From Alphaproteobacteria bacterium (lineage in GTDB: Bacteria; Pseudomonadota; Alphaproteobacteria; UBA7985; JAUIBT01): a stretch of DNA of 64,000 nt. The notes beneath the pieces were generated by a model. The model saw only the letters and a list, made by a program, of their open reading frames with translations. It was not told the origin of the DNA and did not search any database. Location: contig JAUIBT010000020.1 of assembly GCA_030428255.1 (NCBI GenBank), positions 9,380 to 73,379 on the forward strand, read 5' to 3'. Positions within the stretch are counted from its first letter, which is position 1. Every line of letters starts with the position of its first letter. This document shows, piece by piece, positions 1 through 9,579 of this stretch. Made by a program: the position numbers and the translations under genes.

Positions 1-1395
1 TCGTTTGAAGAATACGACATGTTCGTTACCCACCGATGTGTGGATTTTGGCATGGACAAGGATCACATCCCCAGCGACGGCGTTGTCACCGGTCACGGCA
101 CGATTGGCGGCCGCACGGTGTTTGTCTTCTCGCAAGATTTCACAGTGTTTGGCGGCTCTCTGTCAGAGACCCACGCGGCCAAAATCTGTAAGGTCATGGA
201 GCAAGCCCGCAAGGTCGGCGCGCCCATCATCGGCCTGAACGATTCGGGCGGCGCGCGCATTCAAGAGGGCGTGGCCTCGCTTGGCGGCTATGCCGACGTG
301 TTCCAGCAGAACGTCCTGTCCTCTGGCGTTATCCCGCAGATCTCGATGATCATGGGCCCTTGTGCCGGTGGTGCGGTCTATTCGCCCTCGATCACCGACT
401 TTACCTTTATGGTCGAGGACAGCTCCTACATGTTCGTGACCGGGCCGGATGTGGTGAAAACCGTGACCCACGAGACCGTAACAGCCGAGGAGCTGGGCGG
501 TGCCTCCGCGCACACCACCAAATCTGGCGTGGCTGATCGCTCGTTTGAAAATGATATCGTGGCGCTCAAGCAGTTGCGCCGCTTCGTGTCCTTCTTGCCC
601 AGCTCAAACCGCGAAAAAGCGCCTGAGATGGATCAGCATGACCCCAAAGATCGCGATGTTGCTGCGCTGGATCGTATTGTGCCAGTTGATCCCAGTGTGC
701 CCTACGACATGCACGTCATCATCTCTAAGATGGTGGATGCGGGCGACTTCTTTGAGCTCGCGCCCAAGTACGCAGCCAACATTATCACCGGTTTTGCCCG
801 CATGGGCGGTCAGACCGTCGGCATTGTCGCCAACCAGCCCTTGGTGCTGGCGGGATGTTTGGACATCGCGGCCTCGATCAAAGCCGCGCGCTTTATTCGC
901 TTTTGTGATGCTTTCAGCATTCCGGTTGTCACCTTGGTGGACGTGCCGGGCTTCTTGCCGGGCGTTGGCCAAGAGCACAATGGCATCATTAAGCACGGTG
1001 GCAAGCTGCTGTATGCCTACGCTGAAGCGACCGTGCCCAAAGTGACCGTCATTACTCGCAAGGCCTATGGCGGTGCTTATGACGTGATGGCCTCCAAGCA
1101 CCTGCGCGGCGATGCCAACTACGCCTGGCCGACCGCCGAAATCGCGGTCATGGGTGCCAAAGGCGCGGTGGAGATCATCTTCCGCAAAGACTTGGGCGAT
1201 CCGGGCAAGATCGCGGCGCACACCAAGTCCTATGAGGACAAGTTTGCCAATCCGTTTGTGGCCGCTCAGCGCGGGTACTTAGACGATGTGATCATGCCGC
1301 ACGGCACGCGCCGCCGGGTCATCAAGGCGCTGGACATGCTTAAGTCGAAGAAGCTGGACAATCCCTGGCGCAAGCACGGCAATATCCCGCTCTAA
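1..1395 (+). CDS. pccB: Propionyl-CoA carboxylase beta subunit (carboxyltransferase), 5'-truncated by the window edge
   Basis: The frame is open from nt 1 (..[18 protein letters not shown]..). Hallmark carboxyltransferase motifs are present: [49 protein letters not shown]. It ends with ..KHGNIPL* as in PccB. Confidence 0.93.
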   Translation, partial: SFEEYDMFVTHRCVDFGMDKDHIPSDGVVTGHGTIGGRTVFVFSQDFTVFGGSLSETHAAKICKVMEQARKVGAPIIGLNDSGGARIQEGVASLGGYADVFQQNVLSSGVIPQISMIMGPCAGGAVYSPSITDFTFMVEDSSYMFVTGPDVVKTVTHETVTAEELGGASAHTTKSGVADRSFENDIVALKQLRRFVSFLPSSNREKAPEMDQHDPKDRDVAALDRIVPVDPSVPYDMHVIISKMVDAGDFFELAPKYAANIITGFARMGGQTVGIVANQPLVLAGCLDIAASIKAARFIRFCDAFSIPVVTLVDVPGFLPGVGQEHNGIIKHGGKLLYAYAEATVPKVTVITRKAYGGAYDVMASKHLRGDANYAWPTAEIAVMGAKGAVEIIFRKDLGDPGKIAAHTKSYEDKFANPFVAAQRGYLDDVIMPHGTRRRVIKALDMLKSKKLDNPWRKHGNIPL

Positions 1396-1542
1396 AGCGG
1401 ACTCTCGGATGGTCCCTGGGATGGTCCCTGAAGTCGCATTTGTGGGCCGTAGGCGCGCCTGTGCCGGGCCGTACTCGCCGCGCGCTGTGGCCGCCAGGCC
1501 TGTCAGACCCAAAGCTGTTTGACACTGTGGCCAATACAACAA

Positions 1543-1590
1543 AGAGCCCGCCACCCTGATTGAGGTCAGGTGGCAGGCTCTTTTTTTGTT
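1543..1590 (+). terminator. Rho-independent terminator after pccB, possibly bidirectional with mmsA
   Basis: GC stem AGAGCCCGCCACC...GGTGGCAGGCTCT followed by T7. Confidence 0.7.
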
Positions 1591-1731
1591 TGCGCCTCAG
1601 GCTTCGCCAGTGCTGCGATGTCAGTGCTGCGATGTCAGTGCTGTAAGGAGGTTGGCTGCCTGCCTTGCTCACACCTGGCTCCGGTTGTGGGCGGCGCCAG
1701 TGCGGGCAGGATTTGGCGGGCGGCCAAAGCC

Positions 1732-3237
1732 TTAGATGTCAGACGAGCGCTTGAAATTGAACTGTCCCATAACCGTCTGCGCATCAGGATAGCGCGCCAT
1801 GACGTTCTTCTGGCGAGTCCAGAACATGAGGCCGTCCTTACCGAACATGGGCAGGTCGCCGAAAATAGAGGCCTTCCAACCGCCAAACGAGTGCCAGGCG
1901 GTGGGAACGGGGATCGGCACGTTGATGCCCAACATGCCGACTTCGACGTTCTCAGCAAAGTCACGGGCCAAAGCACCGTTCTGGGTGAACAGGGCGACAC
2001 CGTTGCCGTAGAGGTGGTTGGTGGCCATGTCGCGGGCTTCTTCGTAGTCATTCGCGCGCACCACTGACAGCACGGGACCGAAGATCTCGTCCTTATAGAT
2101 GCTCATGTCGGTCGTGACCTTGTCGAACAAGCTGCCGCCCATGAAATAGCCGCCTTCGTAGCCCTGCGGGGGCTGGAAACCGCGGCCGTCCAAGACCAGC
2201 TCGGCGCCCTCTTCGACACCCTTTTCGATGTAGCCAGTAACACGCTCGTGGGCGGCCTGATTGACCAGCGGGCCCATTTCAACGCCTTCGGCGTTGCCCG
2301 GTCCAACCTTCAAGGCTTCGATGCGCGGCACCATGGCCTTGATCAGATTGTCGGCGGTCTCCTCGCCAACCGGTACGGCAACCGAGATGGCCATGCAGCG
2401 CTCACCGGCTGCACCATAGGCAGAGGCCAACAGGGCGTCGGCGGCTTGCTCCATGTTGGCGTCGGGCATGATGATCATGTGGTTCTTTGCGCCACCCAGA
2501 GCCTGAACGCGCTTGCCATTTGCCCAACCGGTCGAGCTAACGTACTGCGCAATCGGGGTCGAACCGACAAAGCTGACCGCCTTGATGTCAGGGTGTGTCA
2601 GGATGCCGTCAACCGCCTCTTTATCACCGTGCAACACGTTGAAGACGCCGTCCGGGATGCCCGCTTCTTTGACCAGATCGGCCAGCAAAGACGAGGCCGA
2701 AGGATCGCGCTCTGAGGGCTTAAGAATGAAGGTGTTGCCACAGCTGGCCGCCATAGGGAACATCCACAAAGGGATCATGATCGGGAAGTTAAAGGGGGTG
2801 ATGCCCGCAACCACGCCCAGCGGCTTGCGCAGCGAGAATTGGTCCATGCCGGTTGCGATTTGGCTGTCAAACCGGCCTTCCATCATTTGCGGCATGGAGC
2901 AGCAGAACTCCACCACTTCCGCCCCGCGAGCAATCTCACCAGCCGCGTCGTCCAGCACTTTGCCGTGCTCTTCGGATACGATCCGCGCGAAGGCGTCGAC
3001 GTTGGCTTGCAGCAGGTCCAGCAACTTGAACATAGAGCGCGCACGGCGGGCAACCGGCATGCTTGACCAAGCCGGGAAGGCCGCCTTGGCTGCGGCAACG
3101 GCTGCTTCCAGATCGTCTTTGTCGCCCAAAGGAACCTGACGAATAACTTGACCCAAGGCAGGGTTAAAGATGTCTGACATGCGCTGTGACTTACCGCGCA
3201 CGTGCTGACCGTTGATATAGTGCAGGACTTCTTGCAT
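1732..3237 (-). CDS. mmsA: Methylmalonate-semialdehyde dehydrogenase (CoA-acylating)
   Basis: ALDH superfamily with the MmsA-type N-terminus MQEVLHYINGQHV and the catalytic region FNFPIMIPLWMF...GERCMA. The start was chosen at the internal ATG (3237) rather than the ORF-track start at 3315. Confidence 0.9.
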   Translation of the reverse strand: MQEVLHYINGQHVRGKSQRMSDIFNPALGQVIRQVPLGDKDDLEAAVAAAKAAFPAWSSMPVARRARSMFKLLDLLQANVDAFARIVSEEHGKVLDDAAGEIARGAEVVEFCCSMPQMMEGRFDSQIATGMDQFSLRKPLGVVAGITPFNFPIMIPLWMFPMAASCGNTFILKPSERDPSASSLLADLVKEAGIPDGVFNVLHGDKEAVDGILTHPDIKAVSFVGSTPIAQYVSSTGWANGKRVQALGGAKNHMIIMPDANMEQAADALLASAYGAAGERCMAISVAVPVGEETADNLIKAMVPRIEALKVGPGNAEGVEMGPLVNQAAHERVTGYIEKGVEEGAELVLDGRGFQPPQGYEGGYFMGGSLFDKVTTDMSIYKDEIFGPVLSVVRANDYEEARDMATNHLYGNGVALFTQNGALARDFAENVEVGMLGINVPIPVPTAWHSFGGWKASIFGDLPMFGKDGLMFWTRQKNVMARYPDAQTVMGQFNFKRSSDI

Positions 3238-3386
3238 GGGGCTTCCTCGTTCTCGCTGACGTGTTGAGCGCCGAGGCCTGGGATGATCCGCAACCTCAGC
3301 ATTTGGCCAGAGCATAAGGCTTTGTGATCTCTAATAACATGTATAATAAGGGATATCCAATCCCCATTTTTGGAGAATACGGTGCG

Positions 3387-4265
3387 ATGAACTGGGACAA
3401 TCTGAAATACTTTCTGGCTGTGGCGCGTGAAGGGCAGTTCTTAGCCGCCGCGCGGCGCAGCAAAGTGGGGCAAGCGACGCTCAATCGCCGCATCACCGCG
3501 CTGGAGGAGGAGCTGGGCGCCAAGCTGTTTGAACGCTCGACAAACGGTTGCGCTCTGACAGCATTGGGGCAAGACCTGATGGCCCACGCCGAACGCGTTG
3601 AAGCCGAGGCCCTGCATTTCCAGCGCGCGCGCAGCCGTCGCGATGGCCAAGTGGAGGGCGTATTGCGCATCGGTGCGCCCGACGGCTTTGGCGTGGCCTT
3701 CCTGGCGGGCAAGTTGGGGCGTCTCAAGCAGCGCCACCCCAACCTGGTCGTGCAGTTGGTGCCGGTACCACGCGCCTTTTCTTTGGCCCAACGCGAGGCT
3801 GATATCGCGGTAACGGTCTCGCGGCCCGCACGCGGGCGCTTGCTAATGAAAAAGTTGACTGACTATCGTCTGGGCCTCTATGCCGCGCGCTCCTATCTGC
3901 AGCGCCACCGCACGCCGCAGAGCGTCGAGGCTCTGCCAGAACACCCTTACATCGGCTATGTGGAGGACTTGATCTATGCGCCAGAGCTGGATTTTTCGCG
4001 CGAGCTGCCGGTGCGCTGGGACCAAGCGATCGAGGTCTCTGGCGCTTTGGGGCAGTTTGAGGCGGTGCGCTCGGGCGCGGGCTTGGGGATTCTACACTGC
4101 TTCATGGCCGATCCAGAACCGGGCCTGCAGCGGATCTTGCCTGAGATTGAGATTAAGCGCAGCTATTGGACGGTTTGGCACGAAAGCTTGCGCGAGTCGG
4201 CGCGCATTCGCGCGGCGGTGGATTTTCTAGACGACGTGGTGGCCGAGGCGCGAACCGCTTTTTGA
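3387..4265 (+). CDS. LysR-family transcriptional regulator divergent from mmsA (MmsR-like)
   Basis: N-terminal LysR HTH (MNWDNLKYFLAVAREGQFLAAARRSKVGQATLNRRITALEEELG). It is divergent from mmsA. Start ATG at 3387. Confidence 0.85.
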   Translation: MNWDNLKYFLAVAREGQFLAAARRSKVGQATLNRRITALEEELGAKLFERSTNGCALTALGQDLMAHAERVEAEALHFQRARSRRDGQVEGVLRIGAPDGFGVAFLAGKLGRLKQRHPNLVVQLVPVPRAFSLAQREADIAVTVSRPARGRLLMKKLTDYRLGLYAARSYLQRHRTPQSVEALPEHPYIGYVEDLIYAPELDFSRELPVRWDQAIEVSGALGQFEAVRSGAGLGILHCFMADPEPGLQRILPEIEIKRSYWTVWHESLRESARIRAAVDFLDDVVAEARTAF

Positions 4266-4299
4266 TTCAACCGCTTGGGCTCCATCGTGCGGCACGCAG

Positions 4300-6186
4300 C
4301 TACGGCTTGCACAGCGCTTTGGCGCGGGCCCCTTGGGCGGGCTGGTCGTTGCACCACAACCCTTGGCCTTGGTTGGTGATGTCAAATTGCAAGCCCAGTG
4401 CGCCCGCAGTTTGGCGCGACAGGCGGTTGAGGAAGCGAAACCGCTTGGCGGCTTGGCGTGCGGATCGCGGCCGTACCTTGTGGTGCATGCCCCGAAGCGC
4501 GACGCCCTCGACAGCTTCAAGCACCAGGTCGTTGCCGTCGAACCAATAGTGCAGGCGCAAGAACAGACCAAAATCGCGACCCAGTGGGCGATTGTCGATG
4601 TTGGCAGCTCCGAACAACAGGCCATTGCCCAGCGAATAGGCGATCAAGCGGCCTTGCTCGTCGCGCTCGATGGCGCGGGCGACGTGCGGATGATGACCCA
4701 CGATCAAATCGACCCCGGCCTCGTCGCGCGCTTGGCGCAGCTTGCGTTTGAGGCTGCCCTCGGCCTCAGAGACCTTTTCTCGCCCCTCGTGGATCGAGAG
4801 AATCTTCAGGTCAGCCTCAGAGCGACTAAAGGCGCTGATCACCGTCTGCCAATCCTGATCGCGGCGGATATAGAATTGGCCCGGTTGATCTTCAGAAGGA
4901 CGCGGCGCGCCGCTGGATATCCCGATGGCCGCAAAGGCGATGGTCATGCCTTTAAGCCGAAACTCGCGCACGTTCAAAAGCTGGTCCTGGGTGCCGACCC
5001 CATGATGAATGACGCCCGGCCCGTGCTGTTCGAGCGCCGCCAGCGTCGCCACTTGCCCGGCGCGCCTGAAATCGCCCGAATGATTGTTGGCCAAGGAGAG
5101 CAAGTTGAAGCCCAAGTCCTGCACCAAGTGTTGCAGCGCGGTGTCGTGGGTCTGAAAGGCAAAGGCCTTGCTGCGTGCCTTCAGCGGGCGGTCGGTGACT
5201 ACGGTCTCCAGGTTAAGAAAATTGAGATCACCGTCGATCAGCGGTGCCAGACCCTTGGTAAAGGGCGCCCAATAGTCAGCCGACTTGGCGGTCTTGAGCC
5301 TGCGGTTTTCGGCCAGGCCGACATCGCCCACCATGGTCAGCACCAGCGCGGTGGGTTTGGCCGGTTGTTGGCCAGCAATGGGCGCAGGGGACAAGCTGGC
5401 CAGTTGCTGCCCTACCGGGGTGTTGCGGTCGATGGCAGTGGGCTGTGTGGTGTTCGCATCTTCGATTGCGATGAGGTCGGACAGGGCGTCCGCGCGTGCC
5501 ACCACCGGAGCAACCAAATTGCCAACAGCGCTCGTTTCAATCAGGTCCCCAAGATTACTGCCCACAGCGCGCAGGCCCATTGCATCTAGGGTCTGTGGAG
5601 GTAGGGGGCGTTGGAGTGTCTTGGGCGTTTGCGGAGCCACTCGCGATTGCCGAGCCAAAGGCATCGGCGGGCTGGTAAGAGGTGGTGGCGCTGCAAGGGT
5701 GTTCGCGTCTTCGGGCACTGTCGCGACCGGGGCTTCGGGCAGCGGTCCAAGCGAGGCCACCAGGGCGCCGATATCGGGTTGCGGCCCGCTGGTGCCACTG
5801 GCTTCGTTGGCGCTGTGGCGCTCGGCGCGCAGAATGGCGGATGCCAGGCCCTTGCCAGAAAATCCGCTTGCCCCTATGCCAGCAGGTGACAGGTTGCGCG
5901 CGGCAGCGGGAGCAAGCAACAGGCTCGTGCAGATCAGGCTCGCGCAGATCAGGCTGGCGGCGAAAAGCCCCGCGCGTGGGCGGTCAGCTCTGCTTCTGGC
6001 CGAATATGGGGCCGAATATGGAGCGGGGTTTGGGGCTGGGTTTGGCCCCCGCTTTGAGCCTGTGGCGGGTGCCTGCGGTATGGCAGGCTGGCGCCCCAAG
6101 CGCGCGCAATTCCGGCGGCTAGTCTTCCAGCAGTTCCAAAACGTGGCCGTTCGGGTCGATACGCGCGCCCAGCAACTGGCCTCCAT
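4300..6186 (-). CDS. CapA/PGA_cap family metallophosphatase-like protein with N-terminal low-complexity region and TM anchor (start uncertain)
   Basis: C-terminal PGA_cap domain (MVGDVGLAE..., DLIVGHHPHVARAIE, YSLGNGLLFG). The N-terminus has Pro/Ala repeats and a hydrophobic segment (LFAASLICASLICTSLLLAPAAA). The ORF-track ATG (6186) overlaps the upstream gene by ~68 nt, so the true start may be an internal alternative codon. Confidence 0.75.
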   Translation of the reverse strand: MEASCWARVSTRTATFWNCWKTSRRNCARLGRQPAIPQAPATGSKRGPNPAPNPAPYSAPYSARSRADRPRAGLFAASLICASLICTSLLLAPAAARNLSPAGIGASGFSGKGLASAILRAERHSANEASGTSGPQPDIGALVASLGPLPEAPVATVPEDANTLAAPPPLTSPPMPLARQSRVAPQTPKTLQRPLPPQTLDAMGLRAVGSNLGDLIETSAVGNLVAPVVARADALSDLIAIEDANTTQPTAIDRNTPVGQQLASLSPAPIAGQQPAKPTALVLTMVGDVGLAENRRLKTAKSADYWAPFTKGLAPLIDGDLNFLNLETVVTDRPLKARSKAFAFQTHDTALQHLVQDLGFNLLSLANNHSGDFRRAGQVATLAALEQHGPGVIHHGVGTQDQLLNVREFRLKGMTIAFAAIGISSGAPRPSEDQPGQFYIRRDQDWQTVISAFSRSEADLKILSIHEGREKVSEAEGSLKRKLRQARDEAGVDLIVGHHPHVARAIERDEQGRLIAYSLGNGLLFGAANIDNRPLGRDFGLFLRLHYWFDGNDLVLEAVEGVALRGMHHKVRPRSARQAAKRFRFLNRLSRQTAGALGLQFDITNQGQGLWCNDQPAQGARAKALCKP

Positions 6187-6928
6187 AGCCTGATCCCCCG
6201 TCCAAAACGGTCACTTGCTGGTACTGTTGAAAGCCGTCTTTGTACGGCGAATGACCAGCAAAGATCCGTCGGAATCCTTCAAAGTGTTTTTCCATGGCGA
6301 TGAAATCGCGATGGCCCCACCAGAAGGTATCGCCTTGTTGCTCCAAACGCAAAGACGGATCGACGCCAGCGTGTACGAAAAGCAACTTGCGATCGGCGGT
6401 ATAAGCGGCGCGCTTGAGCAGCGACATGAATTCGTAGTGCCCAGGGTTCATACGCATATTCGAGCGCAAACGCAGCGTGTAGTGGGTGAGTTCCACCAGC
6501 GACAAGCGCATGCGCTCCAGGGCTTCCTCAACGGAGGAGCCATAGGCCTCGAGCACGGACTCGATGCCGTGTTCGATCATAAACGACAGGGACTCGCGCG
6601 GATTGGCTGCGAACTGCAGGCGCAACAATTGCTCGACCATTTCTTCGCGCTGGCCGCGCAGATAGACCAATTGCTCGGGCGAGATCCGCGGTTGGCTCAA
6701 CAAGTGGCGGCGAAACTTCAGCAGCTCTTGGATGGTTTCCAGCACGCGCGGGTAAGGGCCGTAGTAATTGCCCAGATAGACCACCGAGTCATTGCGCTCA
6801 AAGCCTGCATCAATTTGGGCATGGATGCGCCGCAGGCGCGCGGCGTCGCCATTGATCGACGCCACAGCCCAAATGCTGCCGTGGGGCGCAAGCGTTGCAA
6901 AGCGTGGGGACGGCTGGGGCGCGGCCAT
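6119..6928 (-). CDS. Calcineurin-like metallophosphoesterase / Ser-Thr phosphatase family protein
   Basis: PP2B/ApaH-like features: an N-terminal ..GD.. metal motif, then VYLGNYYG, a GH-containing core (FVHAGVDP) and WWGHRDF. Confidence 0.7.
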   Translation of the reverse strand: MAAPQPSPRFATLAPHGSIWAVASINGDAARLRRIHAQIDAGFERNDSVVYLGNYYGPYPRVLETIQELLKFRRHLLSQPRISPEQLVYLRGQREEMVEQLLRLQFAANPRESLSFMIEHGIESVLEAYGSSVEEALERMRLSLVELTHYTLRLRSNMRMNPGHYEFMSLLKRAAYTADRKLLFVHAGVDPSLRLEQQGDTFWWGHRDFIAMEKHFEGFRRIFAGHSPYKDGFQQYQQVTVLDGGSGYGGQLLGARIDPNGHVLELLED

Positions 6929-7162
6929 AGAGAAGCAATCGGTCCACAGGTTAGAGGAGGTGCCTATCTATTGGGCGTAGTTGCAAGGAAACTCAACCCA
7001 AAATGTCAGCAAAACAGGCGCGAGAGCTCGTCAGGCGCGCAGACTTCAAGCCGTCGGCCAAAACAGTCGCGTGCTTCGCGCCGCAATGTGCCAGAGGCAG
7101 AAACGCGAGACCCCGGCACTGGGCCAGGGTCTCGTTATCTAGCTGGATGACGCAAAGGCGAA

Positions 7163-7663
7163 TTAAGCGGCTTTTTTCAAGAAGGTCGCCAGCTTGGTTT
7201 CTGCGGCCTGCTCGTCGATGCCGTCAATCGCGGCCAATTCGCGGGTCAAGCGACCCAGAGCGGACTGGTAGATTTGGCGCTCAGAGAAAGACTGCTCGGG
7301 CTGCTCTTCATCGCGGTGCAGGTCGCGCACGACTTCAGCAATAGCGATAGGATCACCGGAATTGATCTTAGTCTCGTACTCCTGGGCACGGCGGGACCAC
7401 ATGGTCCGCTTGACCTTGGCCTTGCCACGCAGCACCTTCAGCGCATCTTCCATGAGCTTTTGTGAGGAGAGCTTGCGGAGCCCTGAGTCGGCTGCGCGGT
7501 GCTTGGGCACACGCAGGGTCATGCGCTCACTTTCAAAGTAAACGGAGATGACTTCAATGTCGAAACCGGAGATGGTTTGGCTATCTACTCCGGTGACACG
7601 GCCAACGCCATGGGTGGGATAGACGACAAAATCACCTTCGACGACATCGATATTTTCGGTCAT
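7163..7663 (-). CDS. cdnL: CarD/CdnL family RNA polymerase-binding transcription factor
   Basis: CarD_CdnL_TRCF N-terminal domain (FVVYPTHGVGRVTGV...EVISVYF) in a 166-aa protein. Confidence 0.9.
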   Translation of the reverse strand: MTENIDVVEGDFVVYPTHGVGRVTGVDSQTISGFDIEVISVYFESERMTLRVPKHRAADSGLRKLSSQKLMEDALKVLRGKAKVKRTMWSRRAQEYETKINSGDPIAIAEVVRDLHRDEEQPEQSFSERQIYQSALGRLTRELAAIDGIDEQAAETKLATFLKKAA

Positions 7664-7957
7664 AACGCGCTTGTTTCCTTTAGTTATACAGACGTCGTCA
7701 TTCTATGCGAAAACGCGGGGAAAATCTGGTTGCCCTGGCGCTCAGCAACGCGTATGACGACATTTAGGGGTTGTAAGGCCTGGCTGCGGGCGAAGTTACC
7801 CACACATAAGACCTTATATTACCAGCATTTTGCAAAAAATGCAACCTTAGCGCGTCGCTAAATTTCGATGCCTGCCCTGCGCCATGGGCATGGCGCGATA
7901 ATGCGCGCCGCGAGTCGCCTGCCAGAGGTGCCATCTTAGGCGCCTAGCCAGTGCGCT

Positions 7958-8018
7958 CACCTGAAGCCCCGCACTGAAGCCCCGCACTGAAGCCCCGCAC
8001 TGAAGCCCTGCACTGAGG
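7958..8018. repeat. Tandem repeat, 14-bp unit x4 (cactgaagccccgc)
   Basis: Direct reading gives ctgaagccccgcactgaagccccgcactgaagccccgcactgaagccctgcactgagg. Confidence 0.9.
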
Positions 8019-8113
8019 CGCTCACCTTCCCAACATTATGGTCTGCTCGCCGGTTTGAAGTCCGTGACACGCGTGACGCCTGCTCCGCAGCGGCGAGATG
8101 TTTCGACCACCAA

Positions 8114-8203
8114 GCCACCTGCGGGGTTTGCGGGTTTGTCTCCGCAAAGCCACCTGCGGGGTTTGCTGGTTTGTCTCCGCAAAGCCACCTGCGGGGTTTG
8201 CGG
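8114..8203. repeat. REP-like hairpin repeat array (~35-bp unit x~3) abutting the fdxA stop codon
   Basis: The unit gtttgtctCCGCAAAgccacctgcggggTTTGCGG is repeated. Each unit contains the 7-bp inverted repeat CCGCAAA/TTTGCGG. It shares the core CGCAAA...GGGGTTTGCGG with the array at 57342-57695. Confidence 0.85.
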
Positions 8204-8205
8204 GA

Positions 8206-8544
8206 TCAAGCCCCCTGGCCGGGCTTGGGGCTAAAGTGCGCCTCGAACTTGCCCTCAACACCTTTCCACTCATCAGCGTCGGCTGGAACGTCGCCAATTT
8301 GCGTAATGTTGGGCCATTTCTCAGAGTACTCGCGGTTAAATTCAACCCAGGCCACAGCCGTCGGGTCGGTGTCCGGCAAAATGGCCTCCGCCGGGCACTC
8401 GGGTTCGCACACACCGCAGTCAATGCATTCGTCTGGGTGGATGACCAGCATGTTCTCGCCTTCATAAAAGCAGTCTACAGGGCAGACCTCCACGCAGTCT
8501 TGATACTTACACTTAATGCAAAGGTCGTTGACGATATAGGTCAT
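8206..8544 (-). CDS. fdxA: 7Fe ferredoxin (3Fe-4S/4Fe-4S)
   Basis: [29 protein letters not shown]...[12 protein letters not shown], the classic FdxA cysteine pattern. Confidence 0.93.
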   Translation of the reverse strand: MTYIVNDLCIKCKYQDCVEVCPVDCFYEGENMLVIHPDECIDCGVCEPECPAEAILPDTDPTAVAWVEFNREYSEKWPNITQIGDVPADADEWKGVEGKFEAHFSPKPGQGA

Positions 8545-8607
8545 AGCAAAGCTCGGTCGTTTGGGTCAGAGGGCAGCAAGGTGCTGCTCCGATTGATTGT
8601 GGCTGGT

Positions 8608-9393
8608 TTAGTGACTGCGTGCCGTCGGCTGAATGCGCTTTTTGGCGCGGTTGCGCCGGGTCAGCATGTTGAGCGCTTCGACCAAGATCGAAAAGGCCAT
8701 TGCGGCATAGATGTATCCCTTGGGAACGTGGAAGTGGAAGCCCTCGGCAATCAGCACCATGCCCAGCAGCAACAAGAAAGAGAACGCCAGCATTTTGAGC
8801 GTCGGATGGCGGCCAATAAACTCAGCGATCGGATTGGCGGCCAGCAGCATGACCAAGGTCGCGACCAGTACGGCGCTGACCATGATGGTCAGTTGTTGCC
8901 AGAACAGCAGGGCGGTCTGGCTGGTCGGGTCGGCAATCATGCCCACAGCGGTGATGACGGAATCCAGGCTGAACACAAGGTCGAGCAGCATAATCTGCGT
9001 TATCACAACAAACATACTGACTTGAGGGCCCTTCGAGGCCTGCGTGTGATCAACGCCTTCGATCCGGTCGTGAATTTCGTTGGTGGCTTTGTAGACCAAG
9101 AACAGGCCGCCCAGCAAAAGCACCAGATCGCGCCAGGTCAGCGTGTGCTCAAGGATCGGCAGCGTAAATGCAGGCTGAGTCAAACTCATAATCCAAGAAA
9201 TCGAGAACAACAGCACGATGCGGGAAACCAGCGCCATGCCGATGCCCAGTCGGCGGGCATTGGGGCGTTGATGCTCGGGCAGCTTGTCCGACAAGACGAT
9301 GATGAAGATGACGTTATCAACGCCCAGGATGATTTCCAGGATCACCAAGGAGGCAAAAGCCACCAGCACCGCTGGATCAAGCAGGATTTCCAT
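8608..9393 (-). CDS. TerC family integral membrane protein
   Basis: Multi-TM protein with the TerC signature (ILEIILGVDNVIFI, DLVFSLDSVITAVG). 261 aa. Confidence 0.85.
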   Translation of the reverse strand: MEILLDPAVLVAFASLVILEIILGVDNVIFIIVLSDKLPEHQRPNARRLGIGMALVSRIVLLFSISWIMSLTQPAFTLPILEHTLTWRDLVLLLGGLFLVYKATNEIHDRIEGVDHTQASKGPQVSMFVVITQIMLLDLVFSLDSVITAVGMIADPTSQTALLFWQQLTIMVSAVLVATLVMLLAANPIAEFIGRHPTLKMLAFSFLLLLGMVLIAEGFHFHVPKGYIYAAMAFSILVEALNMLTRRNRAKKRIQPTARSH

Positions 9394-9524
9394 GATCGCG
9401 CTTTCGATTTAGGTTTCACTCAGCCCTCCATACTCAGCGCGAGGATGCGGAGCAAGGGGGCAGGGGGGCGCTGAAGGTCAGACGGGCAGATTTTTTACAT
9501 CACGCTTGCTTGAATACAAGCCGT

Positions 9525-9560
9525 GCTGCCAAGGCGCGCTTTGGCAGCACGCCGTTTTTC
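9525..9560. terminator. Bidirectional terminator-like hairpin between the TerC promoter region and the GlxA-like regulator 3' end
   Basis: Perfect 10-bp stem GTGCTGCCAA..TTGGCAGCAC flanked by A-run and T-run (gccgTTTTTCG). Confidence 0.55.
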
Positions 9561-9579
9561 GCTCGGAGCGGCGCTTGGG

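Noticed and set aside
4300-6193. 302-aa and 418-aa plus-strand ORFs opposite the CapA-like gene
   Set aside because: They are antisense to a gene with a clear PGA_cap domain. Arg/Ala/Gly-rich shadow ORFs.
8098-9474. 458-aa plus-strand ORF spanning fdxA and the TerC gene
   Set aside because: It is antisense to two well-supported minus-strand genes and runs through the REP-like repeats. This is a typical GC-rich artefact.
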